Source of the DNA: Adineta vaga
Lineage: Eukaryota; Animalia; Rotifera
DNA length: 64,000 nt
NCBI GenBank assembly: GCA_021613535.1
Contig: CP075497.1
Location: 10,292,001 to 10,356,000, forward strand
Direction: 5' to 3'
Positions 48,653 through 62,223 of the stretch are shown piece by piece. A program made the position numbers and the translations under genes. Every line of letters begins with the position of its first letter. Within the stretch, counting starts at the first letter, position 1. Below the pieces are notes generated by a model. The model did not search any database. It worked only from the letters and a program-made list of their open reading frames with translations, and was not told the DNA's origin.

Positions 48653-51600
48653 ATGAATCTTGCAAAAGTATTTCGTCGTCATCATCATCAGCACCCTCGA
48701 TCTCAAGAATCAACTTCACCGATAAGAAAACCATTGGAAAAACCATCACTTAATCATGAACATCGATACAATCGTCCATTTTCTTATCATATTCCAAAAA
48801 CAGAACCATTATCACCAATATCATCAACGAAGGTTAATAATGTAATTCCGTATCGAATTGGTTTATCAAGTGATAGTACATTGATAAATAATGCTTCAAC
48901 AAATGATAATGATGAAATTGTTCGTTTACCAATGAAAAATGGAAAAGAATATAAAAATCGTCGTTATTCTACACAATTGAATGCAAATAAACGATGGTTA
49001 TTTCGATCAATGGAAACATTAGATGGTTGGAAAGGCAAAGTATTTGCACAAAGAGTTCGAACAACATCAAAGTTTGTTTTTGAGAGAAATTCATTTTCAA
49101 AATAATCATTTCTTTCTTTCTTTCTAGTTCTAGTCAATCACGATCACGTAGTGTTGAGAATTTAGCTGATAGAGATTCAAAAGAGAATAACTTAGGAAAT
49201 TCGAATGGTTCAAGAATAAAACAACAACGTGCTCTTTCACCCAATCGTAGTATTGACGCGATTACCAATCGCGTAATCAATGGTATCGGTATCCATCGAA
49301 AATCGACTAATTCAATACCTAATATGACGCGTAGTCCAGCATTAACTATTCAAAAACAATCAACATCGACTCATTTCCTCAATGGTCATGATACAAGACA
49401 AAAACAAACAAATAATGAAAGAAATCCTTCCGCAATTCTCGATTTTCGTGAAATCTCTTCTCTTGGATTCACACAATCACGTAAATCGACATATTTGTTC
49501 AATATGAATTTAACTATTTGCTTTCTTTCTTTCTTTCGTTTTTTTTCTATCTCACAGAAACACAATTAACAGTTGATCATGAAAATATTTCTTTGTCACC
49601 ATCTGAAAATAATCACAATGGTGTGACTAGTAATGATGACGAAAACGAAGATATTGCAAGTGATTTATCCTTCATTATCAATGGTCATAATCATAACAAT
49701 GCTAATCATGCAATTGAGGATGTAAATGATTTATGGGATTTTAATATTACATGGATTGATTCTCTGAAAGAACAACAATCACCACAACGTAAAATTCAAT
49801 TTTATGAAAATCTTATCAAATTACTCGAACAAGATACATTAAATATTGATGAATTACTTGTTTTACGTAAAGTTCTTGCGAAAATCTGGCCAACAGATGA
49901 AACGATAACAACAACAGATTGCGACAATCCACTAAATTCTCTTAATTCAAAAACATCAGGAACAAAATCTCTTCATGTTCCAAATCGACTTAGACGACGT
50001 TCAAGATTATCAACATTAACAAATCATACAGCACAACGATGTTCAACTATTCACGAAAAATCACCCTTAGTTTATGAAGCATTACATGAACAAAAGAGTG
50101 GTCATAATATTAAACCATCAACATTACTACTCGCCGCTAAAGCAAAACCTTGCTTTGCTGAGAATCATACGAATAATCAATCACTTTCAAATCAAAGTTC
50201 GGATTCGAATCTCGACACAACATATCCACAACATTTAAATCCATTTCATGATGAAACAGGTAAACTCTCTTTTTTTTCCAAATCTTATTATGATTCTTTC
50301 TTTCTTTGCTGTAAACAGATATCATTCCATCGGCACCGCCAAAAGAAACAAATGAGCATAATCAAGATTCTATTCGTCGTTATTTCGAACGATTAACACT
50401 TCTTGAAACTATCTATGAAAAATTAAATATTGAATCAAATCGAACATCAATCGATTCAACAGAACATCATCGGCACATTTCAAAATCAGGAAATATCACG
50501 GAATCTATTATACAGAAACATTATTCATCGGAAAAACATAAAGAAGATGTACCAAATCATTCTCATTCAGCATCTTCATCAAATAGACTCGGTAAAAGTT
50601 CAATTGAAATACGGTTTATTCTCCTATTTGAATTATAATATTATAGATGTGAATAAAACAATACCAAATCGATTCTTTGAAATGAATGTTGATGGTAATA
50701 GTAGTGTTAGTAGTAGGAAAAGTTCTATTAAACGTCGAGCACCTACTGCTCCACATATATCTCAAAATGGTGATCATCTTCATTCAAAAACTCCAGTAAG
50801 CATTTCAAATACTTTTATCCTTATTGAGTAACAGATCTCTTCTTCTTTTCTTCTATAAATTACGAAATGTTCTTGACAAAAATCATAAAACTCTATCTGA
50901 TAAACACTCGTAAAACAATTGAATAATCTTCTTAGTCAATAGAACTAACGTGATATGCCACTTTTTCATTATAGACAATGTTTACCTTATCATCATCGGA
51001 TCTCAATATGCCACAAAAATCTAATCATGAAATTAATATACCCATTCAATTTATTACTGATGATGAAAAAATGTCCAATCAAATTAGCCCTAAAGAAAAA
51101 CTACCTTCTCCAACATATAATTTAGCTGCATCATGTGATGACGATGGACATATTTTTGTTTATGATTCCAATCCAAATCAAACTAATAATGAACAAACTG
51201 GTAAATCATTCAAATCTCTATTTTAAATTCTTCAAATATCCTTACTTTTATTGTAGTTACATCACCAAAGAGAACTGAACGTATTCACGAATGGTTATCA
51301 ACATGTAATATAAGAGAAGAAGTAGATCCACAAAACAATCTTTCGACATCAACACATGATACTAGTCCAACAGCTCAAGTCAAAATTCGTTGCACTGCGA
51401 AACCAATTCGACCATACAGTCTATCGCCAATAAATGATCATGAGACAAACTATTTACCATTAACAAATGATGAAATCGAACCAGGACGTTTTCGTACTTC
51501 ATTAAAAATTCATCTTGAAACAAATGAACCAACTAATCCTCAAACTCGTATTGCCTCAGTTACATCACGACAAAATCTACGATCACCTTCAACATACAAT

Positions 51601-51690
51601 GAAGATTCCGACACAAATGATTATCGATATTGTCAACGAGATACTTTATCACCTAGTTTTTCACGTGATCATCAAGCTGTTTATCTTTAA
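48653..51690 (+). CDS. Uncharacterized, largely disordered multi-exon protein
   Basis: Consecutive GT-AG bounded S/N/H-rich open frames from MNLAKVFRR to HQAVYL*. One helical island (WDFNITWIDSLKE...LRKVLAKIWP), plus NPF and KRRAPTAP motifs. Confidence 0.65.
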
Positions 51691-51869
51691 CTGATCTCAT
51701 CTTTCTTTTTCTTTTTCTTTTTGTTTTTAATCTTGCCTTTGTACATTTTTTCATTTTTATTGACATTTTTCAACAAGAAAATATAGATATATCCATATTA
51801 GAATATTATTTCTCTTTCTTTCCTTTCTCTGAATGCTCACTAACCGACAGAATTTGTTTTATCATAGAG

Positions 51870-51974
51870 TTAATTGATGTGATATATATCGCATCAATTA
51901 AATCACTCTCTCTCTCTTCTCTCTTGCATCAATTAATATCTATTATTAATTGATGTGAATATATCGAATCAATT
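51870..51974. promoter_or_regulatory. Cluster of palindromically arranged TTAATTGATG motifs upstream of the homeobox gene
   Basis: Copies at 51870-51879 (+), 51892-51901 (-), 51927-51936 (-), 51946-51955 (+), and a partial copy at 51968-51974 (-). Confidence 0.6.
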
Positions 51975-52065
51975 CGATAGTATATATCTGAAATGTTTTC
52001 CTATCAAACATCACTAACATTTGTTCAACATTATCTCTCAACAAACTTCAAATTACACTATCATC

Positions 52066-52944
52066 ATGCAACATTCACAAGCATCAACACCATATATGTA
52101 TCCAACATCACCAACACCAAATCTTCCACTTTATGATTCCGCTTATTCATCATTTGGTTATTCATCACCTGCACCAACATCATCATCATCATCATTTCAT
52201 TTTTCATCATGTCCATATTCAAATGAATCATACTATATGCCATCACAATGTAAGTTAATTTTTTTCAAAAAGATTAATCCTTTCATATATTTTTGTTCAA
52301 TATAATTTAGATCCATTGTATTACAGTCCAACAGCATATTCAATGCCTCAATATTCCGAACCATTTGCTAGTAGTACACCTATTCAATCGAGTAATGTAT
52401 GTCTTGCTTCATCGATAAAGGTAAGTTTCAACTATTATTTTATCTATGTTTGATAAATCGACGTCGATCGTGAGTGATTTTGTTTTATTAGTCTGGTTGA
52501 AATCTGTGAAGACATTCTAAATAATTCTTTTCTTATTTTAGAATGTTCAACAGAAACGTCGTCGTCCACAACCGAATACATCTTCACCATCATTGTGTCC
52601 GGTAAGTTATTTTTCTATTAAAAATTAAAATTATTTCAACTATAATTTTTATATTCTAGTCTCGTAAACGTATAAGTGATGAAGCAATTGATCATTTAAA
52701 TGCTTTTTATTCAATGAAAAAACGTCCAACTGAAGCTGAAAAAGATCGTTTAGCAACTGAATGTAATATTACAGTCGCACAAGTAAATACATGGTTCAAC
52801 AATGCACGTTCTCGCCGTGGTGATACAAATCCAAAATTAGCACAAAAAGTACTCAAACAACAAATCGATTCGTTACACAATCAAGTCGTTTTTCTTCAAC
52901 AACAACAAGAAGCATCGTCGTCATCTGGACATATTTCTTTTTGA
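52066..52944 (+). CDS. Divergent PBX/TALE-like homeodomain protein lacking the three-residue loop extension
   Basis: Exons 52066-52249, 52311-52420, 52542-52601, 52660-52944. S/P/Y-rich N-terminus; homeodomain SRKRISDEAIDHLNAFYSMKKRPTEAEKDRLATECNITVAQVNTWFNNARSRR; short coiled coil after it. Confidence 0.85.
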
Positions 52945-54411
52945 TTTTTCTGTTGTTTTTTTTAAATATATTCTGCATGTGATTCTTTTTTTTGACAAAT
53001 AAACATGTTAATATACTAAATAATCTTATCGAAGTTAACCATTTGATGAAAAATAGTAGATGAATGTCTTATTCTTGCGTATTCATATGACAGTTGTAAT
53101 TAAGACATTGAGTTTATGTATTTGAAAGTTATGTTTGAATTACAAGATTCGATTACACTGTTTAAATGAGTTTGATTAAGTATAAAGATGTTCGCTTATG
53201 CATTAACGTTCTTTTTTTCAGTAGTGATAGTCGACGTAAGAAATGAATTCAGTCTATTACTGTAATCAAAGGTAAATATTGTCATGAACTCTTATTATAA
53301 TAGACTCATGGAGAGAATATAAAATTAGCTATTGGTTTAAGATGATGTACAAATCTAGGGTATGATAATCATCGTTTCTTTGATATTGATGGTCGTTTGA
53401 GTTCGTTTTACATATAAATAGAGACAAATATGAACAAGTGATTATGAATATTAATTGAATCGATTTTAGTTTTTTTTGTGTCTTCTAAAAAAAGACTTGA
53501 CCCTCCATCCAAGGAGAGAATAGTTTCATATTTTAGTCTACGATCGACATTGATCAATGTAGAACGATTGTACGTATGTTTTCATGTAGGAGACTATTCG
53601 TTTATCATCAGTATGGAGAATGATCATGTAATTTTAACAATATGATTAAACACAACTCATTAGTTGACATTCGAGACGATATTTGCATATGTATATAAAT
53701 CCGTTATTACTTTATATGAACGGGAAAACATGATCATGTTGAACAGATTTTTTTTGTCTTCTCTTTCTATAGTTCAGATTACTTTTTATGTTATCCATGA
53801 AACTATGTAAAATGTCGGAAATTTTTATTCTATATTATTCCAACTTTCCGTGCTATAGTATAAAATCAAAGATTGAATTTAGTTTTACAATAATCGTATA
53901 CAGGATGTGATGAAAAACGATCTTGATATATGATTATTGCATCATTTTGCTTATCGTTTGTTGGCATGATCATCTTTCAAACCTTTAAAAATTATGAATT
54001 GATGTCGTCATCATGCTTTTGTCTTTAAGAAAGAAGAGAAGAATTCACTGCTGTTAAGGTTCACATTTTTGATAAAATCGAATATCAACGACAGAATCAA
54101 AAGAGAGTAGATAAAAATTTTTGTCCAAGAATTCTTTTCTAATCTTTTATCAGAAGATCTTTGTTTCGCAAGTTATAGAATGAGTATTTATTCTTAGATT
54201 CAGATTGATATTCTTATCAATGATTGAACCAATCAGTCTTGTTTCTTTTTAAGATTTATTTGCATCTAATCTTTAGACGTTTTTTTTTTATTCTCCCTTC
54301 AACGTCTAATTTACTGACACTTATGGCTTGAAGAACAATGCTGAACGAAGAAAGACAAAAATGATGTGAAGAATATATCGTTCTTTTCTTTCTATTCTTG
54401 AAATTAGTCCT

Positions 54412-57400
54412 ATGAATTCAAGAGATCTTCGTTCGATATTCGCAATGATTCAATCTGATTTTCAATATCGAATTTTATTCTTGATTTTATTCATAAGAAT
54501 CGATATTATTTCTGGTGAACCGTATCAAAATAATATTGCAGATTTTTTTGTATGTCTTTTCTTGAAAAGAATTCTTTTATTCTATTATTTAACTTTTAGT
54601 ACAATGTTAATTTTGCTGGACCAATTTTTGATCAACCAGTTTATTATATAAATACAAATGTTTCTGTGGCAACCCCAAATGGTACTTCAGTACTCAGATT
54701 CACGGTTCGAAAACGAACGGATAATGATCGACCTAGTTTTATCTACACAAATGTCACTGTTCGCAATCTCAATAGTAGAATTGATACACTCGAGGTTATA
54801 TCGGATGATTCACATTTTGTAGTAGATAGATCATCTGATGGTGATGATAATTACACTCTTTCTACAAACACCTAGTATGTATTTCAAATAAATCTATCCT
54901 TCTTTCAAATAGAAATTGATTCCTTTCAGTCCTTTGAATTATTCTCGACCATTTCATCGTTATTTATTTCGATTAATTGCAAAACAATACTTTACTGATC
55001 GACCAGCAGTTACTTCAACAGCTATCGTACAAATTCATTTGATCAATGCAAATGTTCACAAACCTATCTTCGTTAATGACAAACAAGTATTCTATATCAG
55101 TGAAGCAGCTTTACCTGGTACCAAGTTTGGAACTATATATGCGACGGATGCTGATAATGATCCAATATTATATTTCATGCAACCTAGTACATTATTTTCC
55201 ATCGATCAACATACAGGTGTTTTACAACTTGATCAACCATTTGATTATTCACCGGAAAAAACGAACATCTCTATAAATGTTACAATTACGAATTCATTAC
55301 AGGAGGAACCTAATAATTCCACATCATTTATCATTAATATTATATCAGTAAATAGACATTCACCTGTATTTTCCGGTTCTGTATGTGGTAGTAATATATT
55401 TTTGCGCGAGGATGCAGAACTTGGGCAAGTTGTTACAATATTGAACGTAATAGACAAAGATCGAGGAGCAAATGGTCAAATCGATATATCATTTCCATCT
55501 GAACATTTAAGAACTGCAGGTCAATATAGAATTCCACATTATATTTATATGAAACAATTTTCTTTATTTTCTTTATAGTTAGTGGTCTAAAGAATACTGC
55601 ATATTCTTCATTTTACATTGAACAAATGAATCAAACTGGTATGATTCGCCAGGCCATGATTAAAACGAACTCTAAATTTGATTATAATGGACCGAGTATG
55701 AATATTTTTCATGATAGTGATTAGTTGTCTTATGAATAATAAATATGAAAATAATAATCTTACTAAGCTTTTTTTAATATTGATATTTTTCTACAGGTGC
55801 TGATCGTGTCTGGCATTTATTTATAATAGCTACCGATCGTGGTAAACCACAACGTCAAGGTAAATATAATATTTATAAATCTATTATATTTACATTAGTT
55901 CTAATTATTATAGCATTATGTACTCTACGTATCGATTTAATAGATATTAATAATAATGCACCAAGTAAGTGTACAATTACGTTAATTGAATGTTGTAATA
56001 AAGGCAAGAGTGTGTATTTAGAATTTATTATGACATCTTGGAATTTTACAATCTATCCTTCAACTGTTCTTCGAAATAATACTCTTCCATTTCGTATTAT
56101 TGCATCAGATGCTGATTCTGGTTTAAATGCAAAGATTAACTATTATATTGGCACATTGCATGTTCCATATTTTACGATCAATTGGAAAACTGGATATATA
56201 GGTTTACGTAGTGGTATATCTGACTTACAAAGTTTAAATAAAAGTGATTTTCCAATACAATTTCAAGTCTATGCAAGAGATAGTGGAACACCACCATTAT
56301 TCAGTGTGAACAATGCTACAGTTATTATCGATTTTAAAAATGACAATGAACAATCACCAGCGACATGGTTTGATTCATCGTATGAAGAATTAAATATTAG
56401 AATAAGTGAAAAATTTTATGAAAATTCAAGTGATCGAATAGTACGTGATGAAAAGTTTAATGGAGAAATTCTTTACAATTTGAGTGCTTCTCTACCATCT
56501 ATAATGACCGTTTCAAATCCATTTGTTAGTAATGCATATTTACCATTTCGTGATAAATACGTAAAAAGAGAGGAATCAACATTTCATAGTAGTATTGTTG
56601 TTACTAGGCAAGTATAATTTGATGTTTTTTTTTCTTTCGATAGTCATACTCCATGCTTTTTTAGTGGTCTTCATGCAGAAATTCAACATACTTATTTACT
56701 CTATACTCGTGTTCTTGTAAATCCACCCTTAATTGGATTGATAACAATTGACATAAAAGATGAAAATGATCAAATTCCAACATTCGATATTCGATCGATT
56801 GTTTTAAGTGTCGATGAAAACGAACGAGGAAATCGTACACTTGCTAAAATTCAAGCATTCGATCGTGATATCGAACCGGAAAATAATGCGATTGAATATT
56901 ATCTAAATCAAAATTTAAGCGATAAAGAAGCAAATAATATTTTTCATGTTGAATCGGATGGTACTTTATGGACAAATACTACGTTTGGTGAAGAAAGTAC
57001 TATGAAAGCATTCTATCGATTATTTATAACAGCAACTAATCTTAAACCAGCATGGGATACTACAAGTAGTATAGCTGAAGATTTTCAAATTGATATTCAA
57101 GTTATAAGTGTTAACAGAAGTCCACCTGGTAACTATTGAAAAAGAAAAGAAAATTTTAATTTCTTTATTTAGTTTTTATTACAAATGTAACAATGATTGA
57201 TATATCAATAAATGAAACAACAGCAAATGGTACTGTTATTTATAAGTTAAATATTACCGACGAAGACATTGATGCCAAACTGAACGTGGGAATATTAGAT
57301 GGAAATATTCATAATGCCTTTACATTTACTATATTTTCGGATAATTCAGATGATGAAGCACGTTCACAATATGAAGCTATTGTCCAATTGAAAATAGTTG

Positions 57401-60400
57401 CGCCATTAGATTATGAATCAATATCTATATACCACTTGAGATTGTTTGCATTCGACGCAAAAAATAGAGTGGATATAAATGTAACAGTTAGATTACAAGT
57501 GGAAAATACGAAAGCACCATATTTCAAAATAATGCCCGGTTTTAATAGTTATCATTACAGTGTAACTGAAAACAGTTCATATAAAATACTTTACGGAGCT
57601 CCGGTAAGTGATAAAAATAAGAATTGTGGATATCTTCAAACAGTGTTAAAACTTATTTTCTGTCCATCAAATATAATAATGTCCCTTTGTTTTGCGTAGA
57701 TCAAAGCAATCGATCCTGATATACCGCCAACTTCTCTTCGTTACGAAATTTATGATACCAATCATCAATTAAATCTTGGAAATGTTTTTCTAACTGGAGT
57801 TGATAATGAAGCGATAATTAGTATCAATTCAACTGGTCTTTCTCGTGATGTACCGTTTGGTAGTGCTGAATATAAGTTTGCTATTCGTGCGACTGATGAA
57901 AATGGAACAGGTGTTTCTAGCTATGCATCAGTCATTATTAAAGTAATCGATATTAATAACAATGCACCTATACCAATAGTAAAGATTTCCTTTTACAATT
58001 TTTGCATACTAATTTTATTTTCAATGTAGAATTCTCCATGGTACATCAACGAAGGTATCAATCCCAGTACAATCATTGTGTTTGAAGACTATGATGACCA
58101 CGAACTAAATCATACATTTCCTTTTACAGTGGAAATACTTCAACCACTAAATGTCACGATTACCCGTAGATTAGATAGCAATACTAGTTATGATTTAGTA
58201 TACAATGGTGTTTTGAATTGTACAGAAACAAAATATTTGATTGTTACCATTAATGCAAGTGATGTTCAAGGTGTATCTAAAATAACAAAAATTTCAATCA
58301 AAGTTCGAGGCAATCAGACTAGTGACTATGCAATATCTGCTGGAACGAAAACAATTGAAATTATCTATGTTGATGGATATCAGAACTCTATTCGTAATAC
58401 GGAACTTGGCTCAGTTTATGTCAATGGTTTAAATAGTTGTGCTCAAGATGATCGAACTTGTTCAATAGATAACGTTAGTAATGGAAAGAATTTTTCTGTT
58501 CTCAATTGCTCTTTGATGACATCAGACGTTTTGGATCCTGGATTTTTGACAGTAAAAGTTAATGTAATTAAACCAAACACACAAATAGCTTTGAGTACTA
58601 TGGAACTGAATATTGGAAGTGTGAAAAGTGAGAAAGTTCAAGAAGCAGCAACTATTCGTATTAAAGGTAATTAAAATTACAATTGAACATGATATTTTAT
58701 CAATAGATTCTTTTTTCAGGCAAAGATCCAGAAGAATTGATCGTTCCATCAAATCAAAATTCACTTTATCATGCACTCGCCTCAATACTGCGTGTTAATC
58801 GATATTTTATACAAATTTTTTCCATACGTTCTGTCTTTCAATATCAAAGTCCATTTGTTATACCAAAACCTATCGAAGAACAGAAAGCTAACGCATTGAT
58901 TGATGTAGTATTTTATGTACGTGGATGGAATAAGGTGGATGTTGAAAAGAAACTTCATGAAAATCTTGCGAAATTTCAAACAGATTATAATATTGAAGTT
59001 GTTGCTAGTGGACCAAATCCATGTCATAATTATCATTGTGTATCAAGTAAATAGAATTTCAATTCTCATATGTTTACTTTTATGTGATATTATAATCTGC
59101 AAAATTATCTTTCTCATTTAGATACAATCTGTCGACCATCACGAACTATTGGTTTAAAACCGAAACTTATCGATACAAATCAAACCTCTTTTCTTGGTAT
59201 TAATATTCTTGATTCAGCAGATTGTGTAAATGAATTTTACAATCCTACTTTTCCAAATACATCACGGCGTTGTTTTCTGACTGCATTTGATAGTTTAAAT
59301 GGTTCATTGGCATCCTTATCATCAACACCATATGGTCCAATTGGACCTTGTAGTGAAATACTTGGACGAACTTTTCATGCAAATGGACAAGGATATGCAA
59401 TCTATAATGGATCAACATTCTCCAATTTTCATCCAACACGTCTTTCATTTGATTTTATCTTACAAGCACCATTGAATGATTGTTTAATTCTATTATATGG
59501 ACGAAATGCTATTGAAATAAATGATTTTTTCTGGATGGCAGTTGACATATTTCAATCGACATTGAGATTTCATTTTCGAGGTGCCATACAAAATGCTGTT
59601 GGATTTAACTTGACTACTTCAACATGGTATCATATTGAATATCAAGTTAGTTGATTATTTTTGTTTTTCTTTCTCAAAATAAATCCATTTTCTTTCTCTT
59701 TAGATTCTTGAATCCGATATACATTTCTCTATCAATGATTATCATTATAATCGATCAATAAATACAACTTATAATACATATGATTTATCTACAGTTCAAT
59801 TATACCTTGGTAGTCTACCAAACCTTCTATCTACAAATTTTTCTTATCCATCTTTGGATATAACTAGTGGATTTCGTGGTTGTATACGTAATGTTTTATC
59901 AAATGGATATTATCTTAACATGTCGAATTCTGTTTCATCAAATTATTCGACTATCGGTGAATGTCCTAATTCAATAACAGATCCAAATTATAGAATCGAC
60001 AACAGACGTAGTCTTGTTCCTTGGTATACTTGGTTAATAATTGCACTTATTTTATTATTTCTAACAATACTATTAACAATAATTTTATTAACATTGATAA
60101 GACGAAGACTTCACTCAAGGGCATTATGTGGACTGTATAGTGATGATACAAGAGATAACATTATCGATTATAAGTAAGTTATAGATACTTTCTACAGTAC
60201 ATAAAAAATCTAGATCGATAAATAAAGGATGTTACCCATGGATTCTTTTTGATGGGTCTTTCCTATCGTTGCTTTAGACTCATTTTAAAGCATACGATTA
60301 ATCGAACAATTCATTCATCTTTTGTTGTTGCAGAGATACTGCTGGCGAACAAGATCATTCAACATATAATCTTCACATATTGAAAAAACCGATTTATGCT

Positions 60401-60766
60401 TTGACAGATGGTAGTATTATACCGAATCGCGATCGACTAAGTATGAATAATCAAAATAAATATAGCATTAAAAAAAAATATTTCCATATTTGTTTAGATA
60501 ATTCTGATCAAATATTTTCTCATCGACCTTCACTCGGTAATTATATCGAAGAAAAATTAGACGAACAACATGTTCGACATGTTTATGATACTCGATTACA
60601 TTATCATGATGAAGGTGTTGGTTCCATAGCAGGAGATTTAAGTTCAATTGAATCTTCATCAATACAAGATGAAATTGACTATCGATATCTATCTTCATTA
60701 GGACCGAAATTTTCAAGATTATCAGCTATCTATGCTCGTGACAGTGATATGAATGATAATATTTGA
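54412..60766 (+). CDS. Non-chordate classical cadherin (~9 EC repeats, NC domain, EGF-like, one LamG, TM, catenin-binding tail)
   Basis: Cadherin motifs ATDADND, DKDRGANG, ASDADSGLNA, AFDRD, LDYE, DINNNAP; LamG ending GFRGCIRNV; TM WYTWLIIALILLFLTILLTIILLTLI; cytoplasmic DDTRDNIIDY..GEQD and YHDEGVGSIAGDLSSI...LGPKFSRLSAIY. Confidence 0.92.
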
Positions 60767-60992
60767 AATATGTATATCGTTGTTTTTCTTTAGCCGATTC
60801 ACAAGTGCTTGTGTGGCTTTTTTTATATTAAATTCCTATATATTTTTTACAAAATGTATATTTGGGTTGCGTAAAAGAATAGAAAGCAAGAAAACAAAAC
60901 AAAAAAGAAGAACTGAAATGGAATGTAACAGGAGAAACTCTTCGTATCTGATTAAAAATTATGAAAATAGAAGAAACTAGAGACGAAAAAAT

Positions 60993-61895
60993 TTATCCTA
61001 ATAAACCAAATGTTGGAATAAGTATCGGAATTCGTCGTTGAAAAAATTTATATTCTGGATATTTACGAAATAATCGTTCTTCACTGATTGGAATTGATCC
61101 AAAAATCATCATTAATGTAATTAATAATGGTCCGATTGCACACCACCATGGAGCATGATAAACACGACCCATTAGAAATAATCCCCACCAAAAAAGCATT
61201 TCACCGAGATAATTTGGATGCCGACTATATTTCCATAACCCATTGGACAACACAGCAAATCTATGTTCTCGTGATCTTTTTCGATGACGTCGAAATTCTG
61301 CTAATTGTCTATCGGCAATATTTTCTAAGACAATACCACAAGCAATAATAAATAATGAGAGAATATCACCTATTGTAAAATGTTCATAAGAATTTGTGTT
61401 AATACAAATATAATAGATCGATGATGAACCAATTAATACTTCAAACATTGGTAATAAATGAAGAGCAAAAAATGCAAATAAAACAAAATTCTTTTTATAT
61501 TGTCCTCGCATCATTTGATAACGCCAATCTTCATGTTTTATATCAGTTGCTGATGTTATCGTTTGCCATATCAAATGACTTGACCAGAAAGAAATGAGCA
61601 AAATTAAGAGAAGAAATTTTTTCAACGGTAATTCCGTTAAATTCGAAAGAAAATAAAAATACATTGATGATATCCATGGTATTAAAGGCCAATGAATATC
61701 ATATATATTATTTGATGAATAAATAAAATTTCCAATATAAAATAAAACACATGTGACATAAAAATCAATAATATAAAGACGTAATAATGATGATGAAATC
61801 CATGAAAGTAGAAGAAAATGTAAACTAATTGACAGTGAAAGTATAATCGAATAAACAAGTGGATAAACGATCAGAGATGTTGTTGGTAATTTCAT
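60993..61895 (-). CDS. DUF1295 / steroid 5-alpha-reductase-like membrane protein
   Basis: Intronless, multi-TM; NNIYDIHW, HEDWRY, ENIADRQL, GLWKYSRHPNYLGEMLFWWG, SIPISEER motifs. Confidence 0.88.
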   Translation of the reverse strand: MKLPTTSLIVYPLVYSIILSLSISLHFLLLSWISSSLLRLYIIDFYVTCVLFYIGNFIYSSNNIYDIHWPLIPWISSMYFYFLSNLTELPLKKFLLLILLISFWSSHLIWQTITSATDIKHEDWRYQMMRGQYKKNFVLFAFFALHLLPMFEVLIGSSSIYYICINTNSYEHFTIGDILSLFIIACGIVLENIADRQLAEFRRHRKRSREHRFAVLSNGLWKYSRHPNYLGEMLFWWGLFLMGRVYHAPWWCAIGPLLITLMMIFGSIPISEERLFRKYPEYKFFQRRIPILIPTFGLLG

Positions 61896-61997
61896 GTTTC
61901 TTAAAAACAAAATAAGAAATCATTTAAAAATGACAATCTGAAAATTTTGTTTTTCACTGTAACGATATAAAATACAAAGAGAAAGAAGAACGACGAT

Positions 61998-62021
61998 AAC
62001 AACAACAACAACAACAACAAC
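61998..62021. repeat. (AAC)8 microsatellite
   Basis: Direct trinucleotide run in the divergent promoter region. Confidence 0.9.
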
Positions 62022-62120
62022 ACCATACAGCAGTCAACAAAAACGATCGAGAAGCAAAGAGGAAAAAAAAGGGTGAAGATATGATTCGTTCTTTCTTTCT
62101 TTTCTCAATAACAACGGGAA

Positions 62121-62134
62121 CTCACCTTGGCAAC
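62121..62134. promoter_or_regulatory. Candidate RFX X-box
   Basis: CTCACCTTGGCAAC (reverse GTTGCCAAGGTGAG), 90 bp upstream of the EF-hand gene ATG; one perfect half-site. Confidence 0.4.
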
Positions 62135-62223
62135 ATTTGAGTTATAGAATTGCCATTAGTGTAACATTATCAACAGGCAAAAAAGAAAAGAAACCATTGC
62201 ACAATTAAAGAAAAATATTTACA

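Noticed and set aside
60222-60300. Small inverted repeat (ACCCAT/ATGGGT) in a longer cadherin intron
   Set aside because: Stem too short to exceed chance.
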